Assembly: GCA_017654855.1 (NCBI GenBank)
Contig: CM030338.1
Location: 806,001-870,000, forward strand
Origin: Podospora anserina
Lineage: Eukaryota
Reading direction: 5' to 3'
DNA: 64,000 bases
The notes beneath the pieces are model-generated. The model was not told the origin of the DNA. It worked only from the letters and a program-made list of their open reading frames with translations, and did no database searches. Position 1 is the stretch's first letter. Every line of letters begins with the position of its first letter. The translations under genes were made by a program, and so were the position numbers. Shown here in pieces: positions 34,104 through 48,434 of the stretch.

Positions 34104-35531
34104 ATGTCGGTCGCCTCTAAGGTGAGTCGAGAATACCTTCCCTCCTCCTGTCGCCGTCCATTCCAGTTCTTTTCCTTGCCGCGAGAGCCTGCAATCGCTG
34201 GTGGTTGGAGGTCACCTTGAGTCACTTTGCTGTCCCTTCTCCTCCCCCGCTCATGGAGGGGGACAGAAGATGTCGCCCACTTATTATGTCGAATTGAGAT
34301 TGCTGACTCGTTGGGCTTCAAACAGAACCTTTTCGCCATTCTCGGTTGGTCTCCCTTGCTATACCTCTCTCCTTCCCCGCGAGTTCTCGCCACCCGAAAC
34401 GAACCTCGAGCACCTTGGCCCTTCGGAGCCCTCGGGAACGGATGGGATGAGCTTCGAGCTTCGAGCTTGAGCTTGAGCAGGGACTATTTTTTTTGTTTGG
34501 CAGACGATGGGCAGTGACTGACAGGCTGTCAACGATATAGGCAATGACGAGGAACCTCCTATCCCTCCTCCCGTCAAGACTGTTGAAAAGACATCGACAC
34601 ACACTGCCAAGCGCAACACCGATGGCGTAGCTCCCTCCAAGGGCCCTGCCCCCGCTGGTGGCAACCGCCGCAACGCCGCTACTGGCAACGAGGCTGGTGT
34701 GTAGCTGTTCCGATGTCTTCAGATATTGGCCTTTTATTGACCTTGTTTCCAACAGCTTTCCGGGACCGTAACGCCGGCCGCGATTCCAACCGCGGTAAGC
34801 CCACCGATGAGGTCCGTGGCGGACGTCGTGGTGGCTTCCGTGGCAAGCGCCCCGAGGGTGATCGTCACCCCCACAAGGCCGCTCCTCAGTATGTTTTGGC
34901 TCGGCCCCCGACACTCAGATACGGGACATGATACTAACAGGTTTCTAGTGGTGGCTCCGCTAAGACCGCCGAGCAGGCTTGGGGCGGTGAGGATGGTGAG
35001 AAAGCCCTCAACGACGAGAAGGCTGGCGAGGCCGATGCCACCGTCGAGAAGAAGGAGGATGAGGCCGCTGCCCCCGCTGAGGAGCAGGAGCCCGAGCCCG
35101 TCGTGAAGACCCTCGAGGACTACTACAAGGAGAAGCCCAAGTTCGAGGCTCTCAAGCCCCGTGAGGTCAAGGCCGAGAAGCCCGAGGGCATGGTCGTCGC
35201 CAAGAAGACCGAGGAGGACTACGTCGCCGCCAGCGGTGGCAAGAAGGAGCGCACTCGTGAGCGCAAGCAGAAGCAGTTCGTCGAGATTGAGAACCGCTAT
35301 GTCGAACCCGAGCGCACCGGTGGCCGTGGCGGCCGTGGTGGTGCCCGTGATGGCGCTCCCCGTGGCGGTGCTCGCGGTGGTCGTGGTGATGGTCCCCGTG
35401 GTGGTGCCCGTGGCCGTGGTGGCCCCCGTGGCGGCGGTGCTCCCCGCGGTGCTCCCCGTGGCGGTGCCTCTCAGGCTGCTCCCGTTTCCATTAACGATGA
35501 GAACGCTTTCCCCAGCCTCGGCGGCAACTAA
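34104..35531 (+). CDS. STM1: Stm1-like ribosome/G4-binding protein (Stm1_N domain, RGG repeats)
   Basis: Exons read MSVASK | NLFAILG | NDEEPPIPPPVKTVEK...TGNEA | AFRDRNAGR... | ...AWGGEDG...KTLEDY...RGG repeats...DENAFPSLGGN. The N-terminal SKNLFxxLG and C-terminal FPSL motifs are typical. Strong codon bias suggests high expression. Confidence 0.88.
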
Positions 35532-36584
35532 AATGCTTCCTCATCTCGGAAATCATCTATCCTTGATGTTAAGATCAGACACGTCCGTTTTGATCTTATG
35601 ACTCCATTTTCTCTGGTCCGCACTACGAAATACATCACCACATAACGGCAATCTGGACGGGGCGGTTACTCAACTGAATGGGAAAAGGGGTTGGGGCACT
35701 GTTTGATGGCGGTTTTTGTAGGCTTTGGTTGCGTTTGATGTTTTTCTTTCGGCGCAACCGGGTCCCCTCCAGGTTGCGGAAAGAGAAAAAAAAGGGCTAG
35801 CAAAAGTGTCTAAAACGATTTTATTTTCCCTCTTCTTCACATGATCATTATCATCATAGTGTCTCGTTGCTTTGCTCTTCTGCTTGATAGTGTCCTCTAT
35901 ACGTATCTCGGTCGGTTGTCGTGTGAGTCCTGGGAGGTTGAGCGTGGAGGTGAGGGCTAGTTTGATATTTATAGTCTGCTTGGGTGTGTACTGGTAGAAG
36001 ATGAGGGTGAAATGAACGTTGGAGTTTGGCTGTGTTGGATGCAGGATTTTTCTGCTTGTTCTATGATGCAACGTGATGAGATGAACGGGTACTGTTGGTC
36101 ATCTCTGCGAAGATGAGTTCAGTCTGTTGGTTCAGTTCAGCGGCCGTAGTCTTCTCCCTCGCAAGAGCTCACCAGCACTCTTTTGGTCTTGTTGTCTTTG
36201 ACCTGGTCCCAATACAGACAGAACGAACGGCTTGAGCTGCATATTCCAATACCTGTAACGCAGTTACAACCAATTGTGAAGTGAGAGGGGGGTGGTAGTT
36301 CATTACAGCTTACCAAACTATCCTCGGGTCATTGCTCACAATCTCACAATGTGTTTGGGTACGGAAGTCTTGTCATCATCATCAAGAGCTGAGATAACAG
36401 CCCCATGAACTTATATTCAATGCCCAGGTTTCAACCCTCAAGACCCCAACTCCTAACCATGTTTTCTTCTTGTAACCAGCAAATCGTCACAGCCCAACCA
36501 ACTTGGTTAAAACAACCGATACGCACCTCTACCCACACACCACCTCTTTGCAACCTCCTCTCCATCTATCTTGACAAACAGCGG

Positions 36585-38513
36585 CTAATCCAACATGACC
36601 CTTCTACTCCTCCCCCTCCTCTTCCACCCCCTCCCAACATCAACCCCCACCGCCGCCACCAACAACAAAGCATTAAACCCCCCCATCAGATAAAACGGCG
36701 CCCCCTCCCACCAAGCATCAAACAACCACCCCCCCAGCTTCGTCAACAGCAATATCGCCAACCCCCCGCACCAGCTATACACCCCCGCCACCGACCCCTT
36801 CAGCCTAACCCTCGACACCGTATCCTCCGGCACGACATCCTCATTTTCCAAAAGCGGCGCCGTGTCCCCCTCCCCATCGGCACTCTCGATAAGCGTCTCC
36901 CCCCCATCACTCCCCGGCACAGCCAAAACATTAACAATATCCGTCTTCAACACCCCCTTCCCCAACGAGCCAAGCGAACAAACAATCGCGCCAATCTGGC
37001 TTATACCCATCAGGGCCACAAGCAGAAAAACAACCGGTTTCCCACCGCGGGAGTCGACATCTTTAAACTCCGGGCTCGCAAGAGACGGGAAGATCATGTA
37101 CCCTATTATACCGAACAAGGTAGCAATGACAATAGGCCAGTTGACCCTATGGTGGGGTTTATGACTGAGATACCCAAAGAGAGGGGCGCAAATCAAACCC
37201 ATCAGCTGGGCGACTCCGGTTAGGATGGCAGAGAGGATGTACGCCTGGCGGCACTCTTTTTTCAGTTCCGGGGAGGGATCGTTGGGGGAGCCCTGGCAGT
37301 AGCCGTGACGCATGAAGAAGGCGTTGATGTAGAGGGGGATGAAGAGGGATATGGCGACGGTGGAGGCGCGGGCGACGAAGCCGCCTAGGTAGCCTAGGCA
37401 TATGTCGCTGTCGCCGAGGGCGAGGAGGATGGAGTCTCTGAGGAGGTGGGGGTAGGGGATTGCTTTCTGGGGTTGGGTTAGTGATGGGCATAAGAACAGG
37501 GAGAAAAGGGGCGGGGAGTTCATACGCTTCGGGGGTGGGCTGAGGCAGCGCCTTGGGGGGTTGAGCCCCGGAGACCAAACAACATTCGCCAGCCCTTGCC
37601 TTCTTCACCTTTGATCTTGCGCAGACCAAAGAAGACAAAGATGGCGACCAGAAAGGAGACCACGCCAACGGTATAGTAGCTATATTGGACGGCCAGGCCG
37701 GTGGTGACGCCCTCGATTTTGCCGAACCGAGCGGGGAGTGGGAGGAACAAACTGAGGGCTACCAGGGCACCGCAGCCGGTGAACAGCCCAACGAAGCCGG
37801 CGAGCGCTGATGGCTTTCCTTGTTTCTTTCCCTCGTCTCCTTCCACCGCGGTGTTTTCTGTCGAGGAGGCATAGTTGGAGCTGGTATTGCGAAACGTCTC
37901 AGGAGTGATAGTCACTTCCGAATCGACAGACAACGCAACGCTTGTTCTCGCTCTCCCTCTTGTGGAGGGTTTGCGCACATTCTCGGCCACGGGACCAGTC
38001 TCATCGGTCAAGGAGGGAAGAATAGCAGTAACCATGGTAGCCCTGTATAGCTCACACGTCAGCATACCATACTTCCTACCTAGAACCAAGCCTCCCAAGG
38101 AACACCACTTACGCAGCCGTCGCCCCGACAGCAAAGAATATCCTCGCCAACAACAACTGAGGATACACATTGCGCGCCTGCACAAACAGGAACAGCGCGA
38201 GACCAATGACAGCATACCCAGCAACAGCTACATATCTCACACCAGCTCTATCCGACACCAACCCCCAAATCGGGCAAGCCACCAGCGCGACGAGCTCATC
38301 GACAAACCCCAACGTCCCTACGATATCCCCCACTCCTTCCTTCACGCCTATCAAATCGGTAATCACAAAGGACAAGCTGCTGTTGAGGAAGACGAGGAAC
38401 GAGATGCTGAAGAGGGATATCCCGAGGAGGTACGTCAGCGCCTGCAGCGGCGTCGTCGAGCTCGAGAAGGGCAGGCGCTGGAGGATGCGCTGGGGTGTTG
38501 TGCCGAGCGTCAT
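36585..38513 (-). CDS. Major facilitator superfamily membrane protein
   Basis: Exons 38513-38113, 38042-37526 and 37466-36585. Multiple TM helices, the MFS motif A-like WGLVSDRAGVR and LLLARIFFAVG. Confidence 0.85.
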
Positions 38514-39288
38514 ATTGTGTGTGTGTGGTAGGGTGATATAACCCCGTTGAGGTTATATCGATGGTCGGCGGGCCAAAAAGGTAGTGTATAGTCCAAGAGT
38601 AACTGGACTACTCTAGACCATGATGCGATGTATGTTTGTGTTTGTTTCCGTCGCCAATGCTTTTTCTCAATTCTTTTTTTCTTTCTCCAGTATAACCGGC
38701 CTTAACAACCCTTCCTGCTTAAGCTCTGACTAAAAAACAGAATGCTGGGCCAACCAAATGGCAACCAAAAACGATGATTCAATGGCTTTTGGAAACCAAG
38801 GTTGCAAGTCTGATCAATGATGAAGCTGGGCGAGGGCAAGTTCCGAGTGAAACCGCGCATCCCTGGCTTGTCGTTAAGCCGCGGGCGGCGGGCGATCCAG
38901 ACCCCGCAATCTGAGTCTGGCCCCCCAGCCCACTGCTACCCGCTATCGTCGGGGTTGTCTCCACCGACGTCGGAGGCTGTTTTTCAGGGACCGACTGTTT
39001 CCACCTTATCTTTTTTTGTGAAAGAGCCCAGAGCGAGAGTGACTGGAATTGGGCTTCGTTGAAAGTGTTTGGCTGTTGAGAAGAAGAGGGTATCACACCG
39101 CTTCCCTTCACTTTGCGCCTTGTTTTTACTTGAAAGTCCTCTTTCCTATAGGGCTGGATATTATCTCTACGTTGAGGGGTTTGGTTATTCTGTGAAGTGG
39201 TTGTTGATATCACCTCCGCTACGGCTTAAACGCGGTGTTGATACCCCTTGTCTTCTCACGGTTACGAAAAGAGTCACACATACACACA

Positions 39289-40523
39289 ATGTCTTCGTCT
39301 CTGCCAGGCGTCCGGCCACTTCCCGACTCTCAGTATGATCTTAGCACCTACTGGGGCCGTGTGAGGCATACTGCGAGCATTACAGATCCGAGGTGAGAGC
39401 AAACTGACAACCTGTCTTATAACCATAACCTACCAGGTCGATGAGTGAGGTGTGAGTGAGTAGGGGACTTGTACCTGCCGGCCCATCCCACATCACCAAC
39501 CTGCCTTGCTTTTTATGTCGTGCCAGCATATACTAACCTGCGACCGTCAATAGGACCCTCCTCGTAGGCAGTGCCGGTCTTACAGATGCCAAAAACCTCC
39601 TCATCGCCTACAAGAATGGGCAAATTCCACACATGACCCCCGACCTCTGGAAGGCCAAGAAGATTGTCGACTCGACTCTGCACCCAGACACAGGCGAGGC
39701 GGTCTTCCTCCCCTTCCGCATGTCATGCTTTGTCCTCTCCAACTTGGTGGTGACAGCGGGCATGTTGACCCCTGGCCTTGGTGTAAGCCCTGTACCTCCC
39801 CCCCTTTCCGGTCACATACTCACCTCCATACAGAACCGCGGCACCATCGCCTGGCAAGTAGCCAACCAGTCCCTCAACGTAGCAATCAACTACTCCAACT
39901 CCAACAAATCCTCCCCCTTATCCTGGTCCAAAATCGCCCAATCCTACTTCCTCGCCGTCGGCGCCTCCTGCTCCGTAGCCGTAGGCCTCAACTCCCTCGT
40001 CCCCCGTCTGAAATCCATCACCCCTTCCACCCGCCTCATCCTCGGCCGCCTCGTCCCCTTCGCCGCCGTGGCCTCGGCCGGTGCCCTCAACGTCTTCCTC
40101 ATGCGCGGGGAGGAGATCCGCACCGGCATCGACGTCTTCCCTGTCCTGTCTCAAAAGGCCAGGGAGGCGTTTGCTGCCCAGGGCAAGTCCCCCTCCGAGG
40201 TGGAGAGTCTGGGCAAGAGCCAAAAGGCGGCAACGTTGGCGGTGGGGGAGACGGCGGTGAGCAGGGTGCTGAATTCGTCCCCGATCATGGTCATCCCCGC
40301 GCTGGCGCTGGTGAGGTTCCAGAGGACGGAGTGGCTGAGGAAGAACCCTAGGTGGACGACGCCGTTGAATTTGGGGTTGATCTTGGTGACGTCGTATGCG
40401 GTTTTGCCGTTGGCGCTGGCGGCGTTCCCGCAGAGGCAGAAGGTTAGGGCGGATAGTTTGGAGGAGAGGTTTCATGGACGGGGTGGGGAGGGGGGGTTGG
40501 TGGAGTTCAATAGGGGTATTTGA
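39289..40523 (+). CDS. FSF1: Sideroflexin (mitochondrial tricarboxylate/serine carrier family)
   Basis: Motifs YDLSTYWGRVRH...TDPR|TLL, HPDTGEAVFLPFRMS, WQVANQSLNVAINYSNSN and C-terminal FNRGI. Introns at about 39393-39553 and 39782-39833. Confidence 0.92.
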
Positions 40524-42053
40524 GGAGATATAGGGAAATAAACGAATGGTTCAAGATGCATGGTGTTTTGGAGGCTGAGGGGGTGAAGGGTTTAAAAAAG
40601 AAGGTTTGCCTGGGCGTAAGAGCGTTGCCAGTTGTCGGTGTTAGCTTGAAGTCTAATTCCCCTTCTCCAAGATCCAGAATCCGGGCAGAGAGTTCGGTTT
40701 TCCAGCAAGTCCTTCTCCAACCAACACTCAAACTTTATCCAACCAGGTCCAACACTTCGGATTCCCCGAGTCCACTGGGACATGAGCATCTAAAACATTG
40801 TCTTGCGTAAAGACACTCACCAACTGAAGATACCCTACCCAAGACTCCCGTCTCAGTGAACAACATGAGATCCGTTCACAAAACAAGGGGTGTAATCTGA
40901 TGCAAGTCCCACTTTCGTCACGGTGACTTGAACCCAGTAGGTGGAGCCTGTGAAACAGTTGTTGTTGTTACTGTTGTGGTGCGTGAACTGTTGCACGGCA
41001 GATGGTGAGTGAAACCACACTTGTGTAAATTTCAAAGCCCCAGACCTTCAAAACACATCCATAGGCCTTGAACTATCTTTAACACGCTTTCAAGAACAGA
41101 TATTTGTGAGAATAGACGAAACAGGCGGGAAAATACAAGTTGAATTTTCACGCTGAGAATGAGGAGTTGTGAGAGAGGCTCTCCAGGCAGGCAGCCTAAC
41201 CCCACATATCTTATCTCATATTTACGCTTGCCTGTTATTGATCATGTGAAGGAGTGTGAATGCTCCTTTTTTTCGCAGGCAAGTCTTGGGGACCAAAGAT
41301 AAACATCACTGGACTGTTTCGGATGAGGAGGGATCGGTGCCCATTTTCACTTGATCTGCTTGTCAGACCATTTGATTTGGAGGGTTTGTGAGATGAGACC
41401 ACAGACTGAAGCCTTGAAAGCAAATTGAGAGGAAAGTGGGCATGTCAGTCATTTCGTTTCGAAATATGGATTTGATGAAGGTTTTATGCAAACTTTGCTG
41501 TGACATGGTTGATTTGGGGGCTGTGGTGGTGGTGTACTGGGTTGGATACCAAGCATAAGTTGGGTTAGGGTAGTTTATGGGCCCTTGATTTATCCATCAC
41601 CCCGTGTTTGTGAATGATATGAAGGCAAAGTATTACACCGTAGTAAGATGTCCCTCACCTAGGTAGCCAACCTTTACCCCACCACTTGCTTTGAGCAGAT
41701 TTTGTTGATGTTATTGTTTTAGTCCGAGCGGAGGACGGTCTTTCATGATGGTTGGGTGGTCACACCCCCACTAACCCTACAGCGGTAAAAGACCGTTGCC
41801 ACCTGCCCGTTCGGATTCGTTTCCTTTCTTTCTTCAACAAGGCTCTCCTTGCTGCAGATAAGGATGAAGTCCTCCTGCAATGCAGCAGCCACAACCCCAA
41901 AAAGTGAAGAAAGAAGAGAGGATTGCAACAGGAGCGGGGAAGTCCTGGTGGTGCTTGCTTGCCAGTTGTTGGTCCACTGACGAAAGAGAGGGGTCATCTT
42001 CTTTGGATTTTGGCCACTGCGGGGCAGCCACGGCAACCAGCCAGCGAGCACCC

Positions 42054-42073
42054 CACACACACACACACACACA
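42054..42073 (+). repeat. (CA)10 microsatellite
   Basis: Read directly from the sequence. Confidence 0.9.
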
Positions 42074-43486
42074 CCACACCATCCCGGCACAAAGTGTAGC
42101 GGGATCTCGTGGACCCTTGATATTGTCCAAGGCGACCCTGGAGTTGCAAAAAGAACCGGGCCTAGACAAGGCTTGAAGGGTAAAGGAGAGAGTAACGGGG
42201 AATTTTGAAATCTGTAAGCTAATTCGGTTGTTCTCACAGTCTCGTCATGAATATCACGACAAGAAAAAGCCAAGAACCGGCTGGTTGCCTTTGCTGACAG
42301 CCGGACGTCGGGTCACAACGTAGATCCATCTGGGCCTGGCGTGTGTGCTTACCGTCCTGTATTAGCAAAAGTTGCACGAAGAACCACCATTGCCCATTGG
42401 AAGGAAAAGAAGTTGGTTGTGGTTGGGTGGTTTGATTGCGTTTCCCCGACAAAACCCGCCTGCTCGTTGCAGTGTGTGCACACATATGGGATCGCGCTAG
42501 ATACCGATGAGGAGAGATCCCGGGGTTCTGCATGTGCATGGAGGGGGACGATGGAGGGGGGGATGTGATCTTTTTGGCCCGTCCCACCTTTATCAGTTTC
42601 TTGTTAATGTGGGAGCCAAACTGTTGATCACCACTTGGCCCCTTTTCCCCCTTCTTGGATGCTGGTTTCCAGTGTGAGAAAGGCACAGCATACACTTATT
42701 CATTGCTGAGAAAAAAGGAGGAAGCTGGGCGGTCAGGTTTGGTGCGAGACGGACTCGGTAGCACTGCAGGGCTCCTCCGCCATCAAGCGCGCACCGAGGC
42801 TTCCGTTTTCCGCAACCGCCAGGCAAAGAGCACCTTCGGCTTGGGATGGAATGCTGCGCTGAGTTACGCGATAGCCAGAGAGAACAGCTTGCAAGACGAC
42901 AATCAGGGCCAGCCTCTTCCATACAGAGGCTTGTGCAAATTCAAATCGAAAATCAGAAAGCCACCCAAGGAAGACCTGACGATACCCCCGTCTTATACAT
43001 TTCTCTTTCATCATTGGCGGGGCTGGCTGCCGTAGGACAGGGTTGCTGGCACTGTGGAAGGCTGTAATAAATCGCCGAAGGTGCCCCCAAGCAGGCGCGT
43101 CTCCATAAAGAAGGTTGTTATTGTCCCTGTTCGATCCCGCTCTGGGGGCTGCCTCTTGGGAGCTGAGGTGAATCAACACCACACCTGGTGGGAAATGGAA
43201 GTCTGTCACCCTGCCGCGTGGTTGATGACTCGGAAATCAGGTCCACGACTGTGGAACAGAGTGGAGAAAGATCAGAGACCCAGAGTCTCATCAACACCAA
43301 CCAATCCTTCGATATATATGCAGCTGCCTTGAACGTAAGAAATGCTTCAACATGAACGAAGTAGGCCGATTGCAAAAGGCACAGACCACGCCCCCAGACC
43401 ACGGCCGATAACCCATCCGTTGATCCTGGGAGATGATGTAAAGGTCCAGCTCGTTTTCTCTTGTTGTCTTCTTATTCCGGAACAGC

Positions 43487-43510
43487 CAGTCAGTCAGTCA
43501 GTCAGTCAGT
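43487..43510 (+). repeat. (CAGT)6 microsatellite
   Basis: Read directly from the sequence. Confidence 0.9.
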
Positions 43511-45110
43511 CAGCCAGCCAGCCCCCAGGCACTGCCCTGGCCGGACCTAAAAGAACCACGGAAACACACAGAAAGAATGAACAGCAACTGGAAAAGCAAG
43601 AGGGGAGGGAGGGACTGGTGCTAATTAATATCAATGAAGGAGGGACTGAACCCGCGCTGGCGCATGCAACACTCCATGCCAGGTGCTTCCGGAGCGGCGT
43701 ACATGTGGTTGTCCATTATCCTAGCGAAAGCCACCGTACGCACAGATGGATGGATGGGTGGATAACTGGTAGCTCTTTCACAGTCACTTCCACGACGAGA
43801 TGATGACAGCCAGCTACAAGACATAAAAAGGTTACAGACACATAACTGAGGAGGGTTCGAGATGCTTCAATGGGCATATCTCATGATGTTGAAAAGTGGA
43901 AGGGATCCGCACTGTCCTACCACACTGTGTTTCTACCTAAGAAGCCTCGAAGAGCCCCACCTAATGTCAAAGACGGGCACACGAATCAGCGCATCGGGTC
44001 TGATGTCAGCGTCGCAAACACCACTAGAGGAAAGTGCGAGACTTGGGAGGTCCACACTGTGCCAGGCATTGGTGGCGCGGGACCAAGCATGGTCAGGTCA
44101 GGTTTCAATAAGAGTGGAAGGCGAAACTCGAGGCTTGGCAAAGCCGAGATGTGAACGTACCCAATGGCAGGGTGGGCTTTTGGCCATTTTCCATCTGAAG
44201 TTGCTGTGTTGTTTTTGGGACGTTGACGACGGGCGCTGCTGCGGTATATTCGTCATTGGCTCTTTTGTGCAAAAGTGAAGGTGGTTCCAGCCCTGTGCTC
44301 CTGGTGCTGGTTCGGTGTTGACATCGACAAGGTGTGGTTTGACCGAGAGTCTGCTGGAGCCAACGGGTGAAAACCTAAACAGGGTCGCCAAAGTCACCAG
44401 TCGCCCGTTCCCCTTCGCCGAAGACACCAACTCTTGAGCGAAACATTCTAGGGCAATCAACCGTCCTTTGGCCGCGGCGAAAAATATACGTCCCCCTTTT
44501 CCACACCCTATCAAAGACACTCAACCACTCAAGCACCAGTGGGCGAGAGAGTTCCCTCAGCCGAGCGTACACCCAGCACCACTCACCACACCCAGCACCA
44601 TTCACCACACCCAGCACACCCAGCACACACCCAAGCAGCGCAGCGCAGACACCAGCGACAAACGGGGCTTGGGCTTCCTTCCCTCGCTCCATCTTCGCGC
44701 CAACCTGCTTTCAGTCCAAATTCCGGCTTCCACCTTCTCCATTCCTTCCTCACCAGCATCATTGAGCACCTTCGACGAGAGAGACTCGACACTCGACACT
44801 CCAACCGCCTTGATTTCTATCGTGTCGTCAATCGGTCGAATGCTGATACCTCCGTGACGGGGCTCCCAACGGCCAGCCAGCGCGCGAGGGCTTCGCCAAA
44901 AACCCCGACGTCAGCTAGGAATACCACTCGCCGGTATTCACCCAGCTCGGGACGCAACCCTTTCACTTGGTGTCAAACCTTAACCACCGACTGCCTCCAC
45001 CTTCCCCGGGTCAGACACGATACGGGACCTTCCTGCCCTCGTCCTCTCCCACACTCTTCCCATTTTCCCAATCCTGCCACCCTCTTTGCAGAGAGTAGCG
45101 AAGCAGGACA

Positions 45111-47497
45111 ATGTCGACTCCGACTACTGCAACTGCGACGCTCCCTCCCTACAGTCACAGTCACTTTCACTACCCACACCACCACCAGCAGCATAAATCG
45201 TTCCCACAACCAAATACCTCTGCCTACCGCTCTACGAACCCGGTGCTTCCTCCTGCCTCCCGTCTCGTTTATCCCTCTACCTCCGGCTACAACACTCACC
45301 CGGCGACACACGCCGCGTCAAATGGAGCGAGTCTGATGCCCCTGGAGCCATCGAGACACCACCCACACGACTCGGCCGACTTGGCCTCCCATCGCTCGGA
45401 ATCGCTCTACTCAACCATGCCGGCAAACTCGCAGTCAAGCCGAACCCAAGTGGTGACCAACCCGCCGCCGTCGTCGTCAAAAAAGAGACAGAGAGATGTC
45501 GATTGGAATGATTTCTACAAAAATGGCCTGCCGACCGAAATCATCGTCATTGATGACTCCCCCGAGCCTGAGGAGCCGGCAACGTCCAAGAACCTGACCA
45601 ACGGACATTCCTATGCCAGCGGCCCGACCGATGCTTCGGTCGCCCCTCCGGCCAAGAGGAGGAGAAAAGAGACTGATGCGGCGCCTTACGACCCTGTTCA
45701 CCATATCGCATCACACACCCACACTCCTCGCCAGTATGGGTCGCCAAGCAAATCGACAACGTCAAGTGGCCGTACCAACTCTGCCAATCATACCACGGCC
45801 GCTACCTCACTTGGCTCACTTTCATCAAACGGTCAGTATGACCACGAGTTGCAGCAGGCGAGCCAGGGCCAGAAGCGGAAAAGAACCCGGGCGCAGACGA
45901 ACAGCGAGGCGAAGCGTCGCGAGGCTCTGGTCACAGATGCTTTTGCCAGCTACATTCCTCCTCGGCAGCCCATCAAGAAGTCCCGAGATGTCCCGGTCCA
46001 GATCATCACTGATGTGAGCCATTTCCATCACGGTGCCATTGTGAATAGCTACACTAACCACCAATGCTAGCCTCCGCACATGCAGACCTCGCGGGTCGAC
46101 GATGACGAAGGTCACTACATTGTTGTGCCGGACAATCCCTTGACTGAGCGATGTAAGTTGTTGCTCAATTATGATGAACGCCTCGGCATCCTGTTGACGC
46201 GAATCTGGAACAGATCAGATGGTCAAGCTGCTTGGACAAGGCACGTTCGGCAAAGTCGTCCAAGCCAAGGACAGGCAGCGTCCAGGGAAGTTGGTCGCCA
46301 TCAAGATCATTCGCTCGGTGCAAAAGTACCGCGAAGCCAGCAAGATTGAGCTCCGAGTCCTGGAAACGCTCAAGGCCAACGACCCGGAGAATCGCAACAG
46401 GTGCATTCACCTCCGAGACTGCTTCGATTACCGCGGCCACATTTGCATCGTTATGGACCTGTTGGGTCAGAGCGTGTTCGACTTTCTTAAGAGCAATAAT
46501 TTCGTCCCCTTTCCCAACAGCCAGATTCAGAGCTTCGCCCGCCAGCTGTTTACCAGCGTAGCCTGTGCGTACCGTTTTCTGGCCAAACACCACGGGATTT
46601 GTGTTGCTGACTCTTTCTTTTCGCAGTCTTGCATGATCTCAACTTGATCCACACGGATTTGAAGCCCGAGAATATCTTGCTTTGTCATAACGAGTACCAG
46701 ACGTTCACGTACAACCGCAAGATTCCATCCTCGAGCAGCAATGTTGCCCGCCAGGCCACACAAAGAAGAGTATTGTTGGACACCGAGATCCGGTTGATTG
46801 ACTTTGGGTCTGCAACATTTCAGGACGAATATCACTCGTCCGTTGTGTCAACTCGGCATTACCGTGCACCCGAAATCATTCTTGGTCTTGGCTGGTCTTT
46901 CCCCTGCGACATTTGGAGCATTGGATGCATTCTCGTCGAGTTCTTCACCGGAGATGCCCTTTTCCAGACACACGATAACCTCGAGCATCTGGCCATGATG
47001 CAGGCGGTGGTGGACGCCAATATCGACACTCACCTTGTCCAGTCTGTAAACCGCCAGCCACGCAATGGCACCAACCCAGCATCCAGGTAAGATTCTCGGA
47101 AGACGCTCTTCGCTGGAGCAGCACAACTGACAGCACAATAGGTACTTTAAGCGGAACAAGCTTGATTACCCGACAGCAGATACCACAAGACAGTCGAAGA
47201 GATTTGTCAGAGCAATGAAGACACTTCCGGTTTGTGTTTTGTTGCGTGGACCCATCTATGACGAGTCTGCTAACCCTGTTGCAGGAGATCATTCCGCCGA
47301 ACAACAAGTTCCTGAAAGAGTTCTTGGCCCTTTTACAAAAGATCTTTGTCTATGACCCTGCCAAACGGATAACGGCCAAGGAGGCTCTGAGCCATCCCTG
47401 GTTCCAGGAACACGCTTACCCCGACGACGGAACCGAAGCTGCTCGCATTCGCGCCGAAAAGCAGAGACTCAACGAACTGTCGGCCATTGCGCCATGA
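45111..47497 (+). CDS. lkh1: LAMMER (CLK-family) dual-specificity protein kinase, Lkh1/Kns1 type
   Basis: Motifs [52 protein letters not shown] and EHLAMMQ. Five GT-AG introns at about 46014-46070, 46153-46213, 46565-46626, 47087-47141 and 47230-47285. Confidence 0.95.
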
Positions 47498-48434
47498 GCA
47501 GAACGTAGGCAGCCACCCACGCTGCGCCGGAGAAGCTTTAAGCAATTTGTCGCTGGACGTCGACATGAAAGAAACGAAGAAGGTCGCGACAAGTGACGGG
47601 CAGTTTAGGTGATGATTTCAGCGTCCGAGGCGAGCATCTCGTGTCAAACCCGGGCACATACAGCATACATCAGCAAGTGCCATGGCTCGGTGTATCGTCA
47701 TCCACGGTTATGGGTTTTTGGTCCGCATTTACCGTGCGGTGGTGATTGCACACCTTTTGGTCTGCAAATGAGATATGAAGACTGGTGTTGGGGGTGGGAG
47801 GGTTTTTGGGGGAGTCGTAGGCTGGTTCACTTTGGCATGGTTTTATTGGCCTTTCTTTTCTGGGATGTGTGGTATAATGTGTGTTGAGGTTCGGGAGGGA
47901 CTGGAGTGCTGCTCGGATCTCATAGAGGGAACTTGTTTCACGGGTGTTCATGGGGTGCCTGCAACATCATGGTGGCTGGCGACAGATGAAGGCTTGCCCG
48001 CTCGCTCTGCTTGAAATGGTGATTTCATATCGGTGCTGTCGTCCCCCGCAGTGCAACACGGTCAGAAAGGCTTGATTGGTTTTGGTTCATTTCACACAAA
48101 GTATACCCTCGACTATGCACCGGCAGTCGTTATGGATGTATCTAGGATCTGATGGAGGTTTTAAATGTGCGTTGCTCCCGCTCTCACCTCTGTTGGTGTT
48201 TTGTGATTCAGTCTTTGCTAACATCATGGAGCTTTTAGCGTTATTCGGCATCTTACTACATACGTTGCTTCAACCCATAAGCGTGCGATTCACCAACGAT
48301 ATGATATCTATCATATACAACTGCCACGCCTGAAGCGTTGGTCGGGAATAATGGGCAAGGCAACAGCAACATGGATGGGTGTCTTGTTGGGTGGCTATAT
48401 AGATAGCAGACAAATGTTTTATTGGGGTGGTTGT

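Noticed and set aside
35320-35470. GGTGGCCGT/CCCCGTGG tandem repeats
   Set aside because: Explained by the RGG-box coding sequence of Stm1.
40524-45110. 4.6-kb gene-free region with many short ORFs, including 44539-45336 (265 aa)
   Set aside because: Low-complexity, microsatellite-containing promoter and leader of the LAMMER kinase. The ORFs lack ATG starts or protein-like composition, and I found no TIRs or LTRs.
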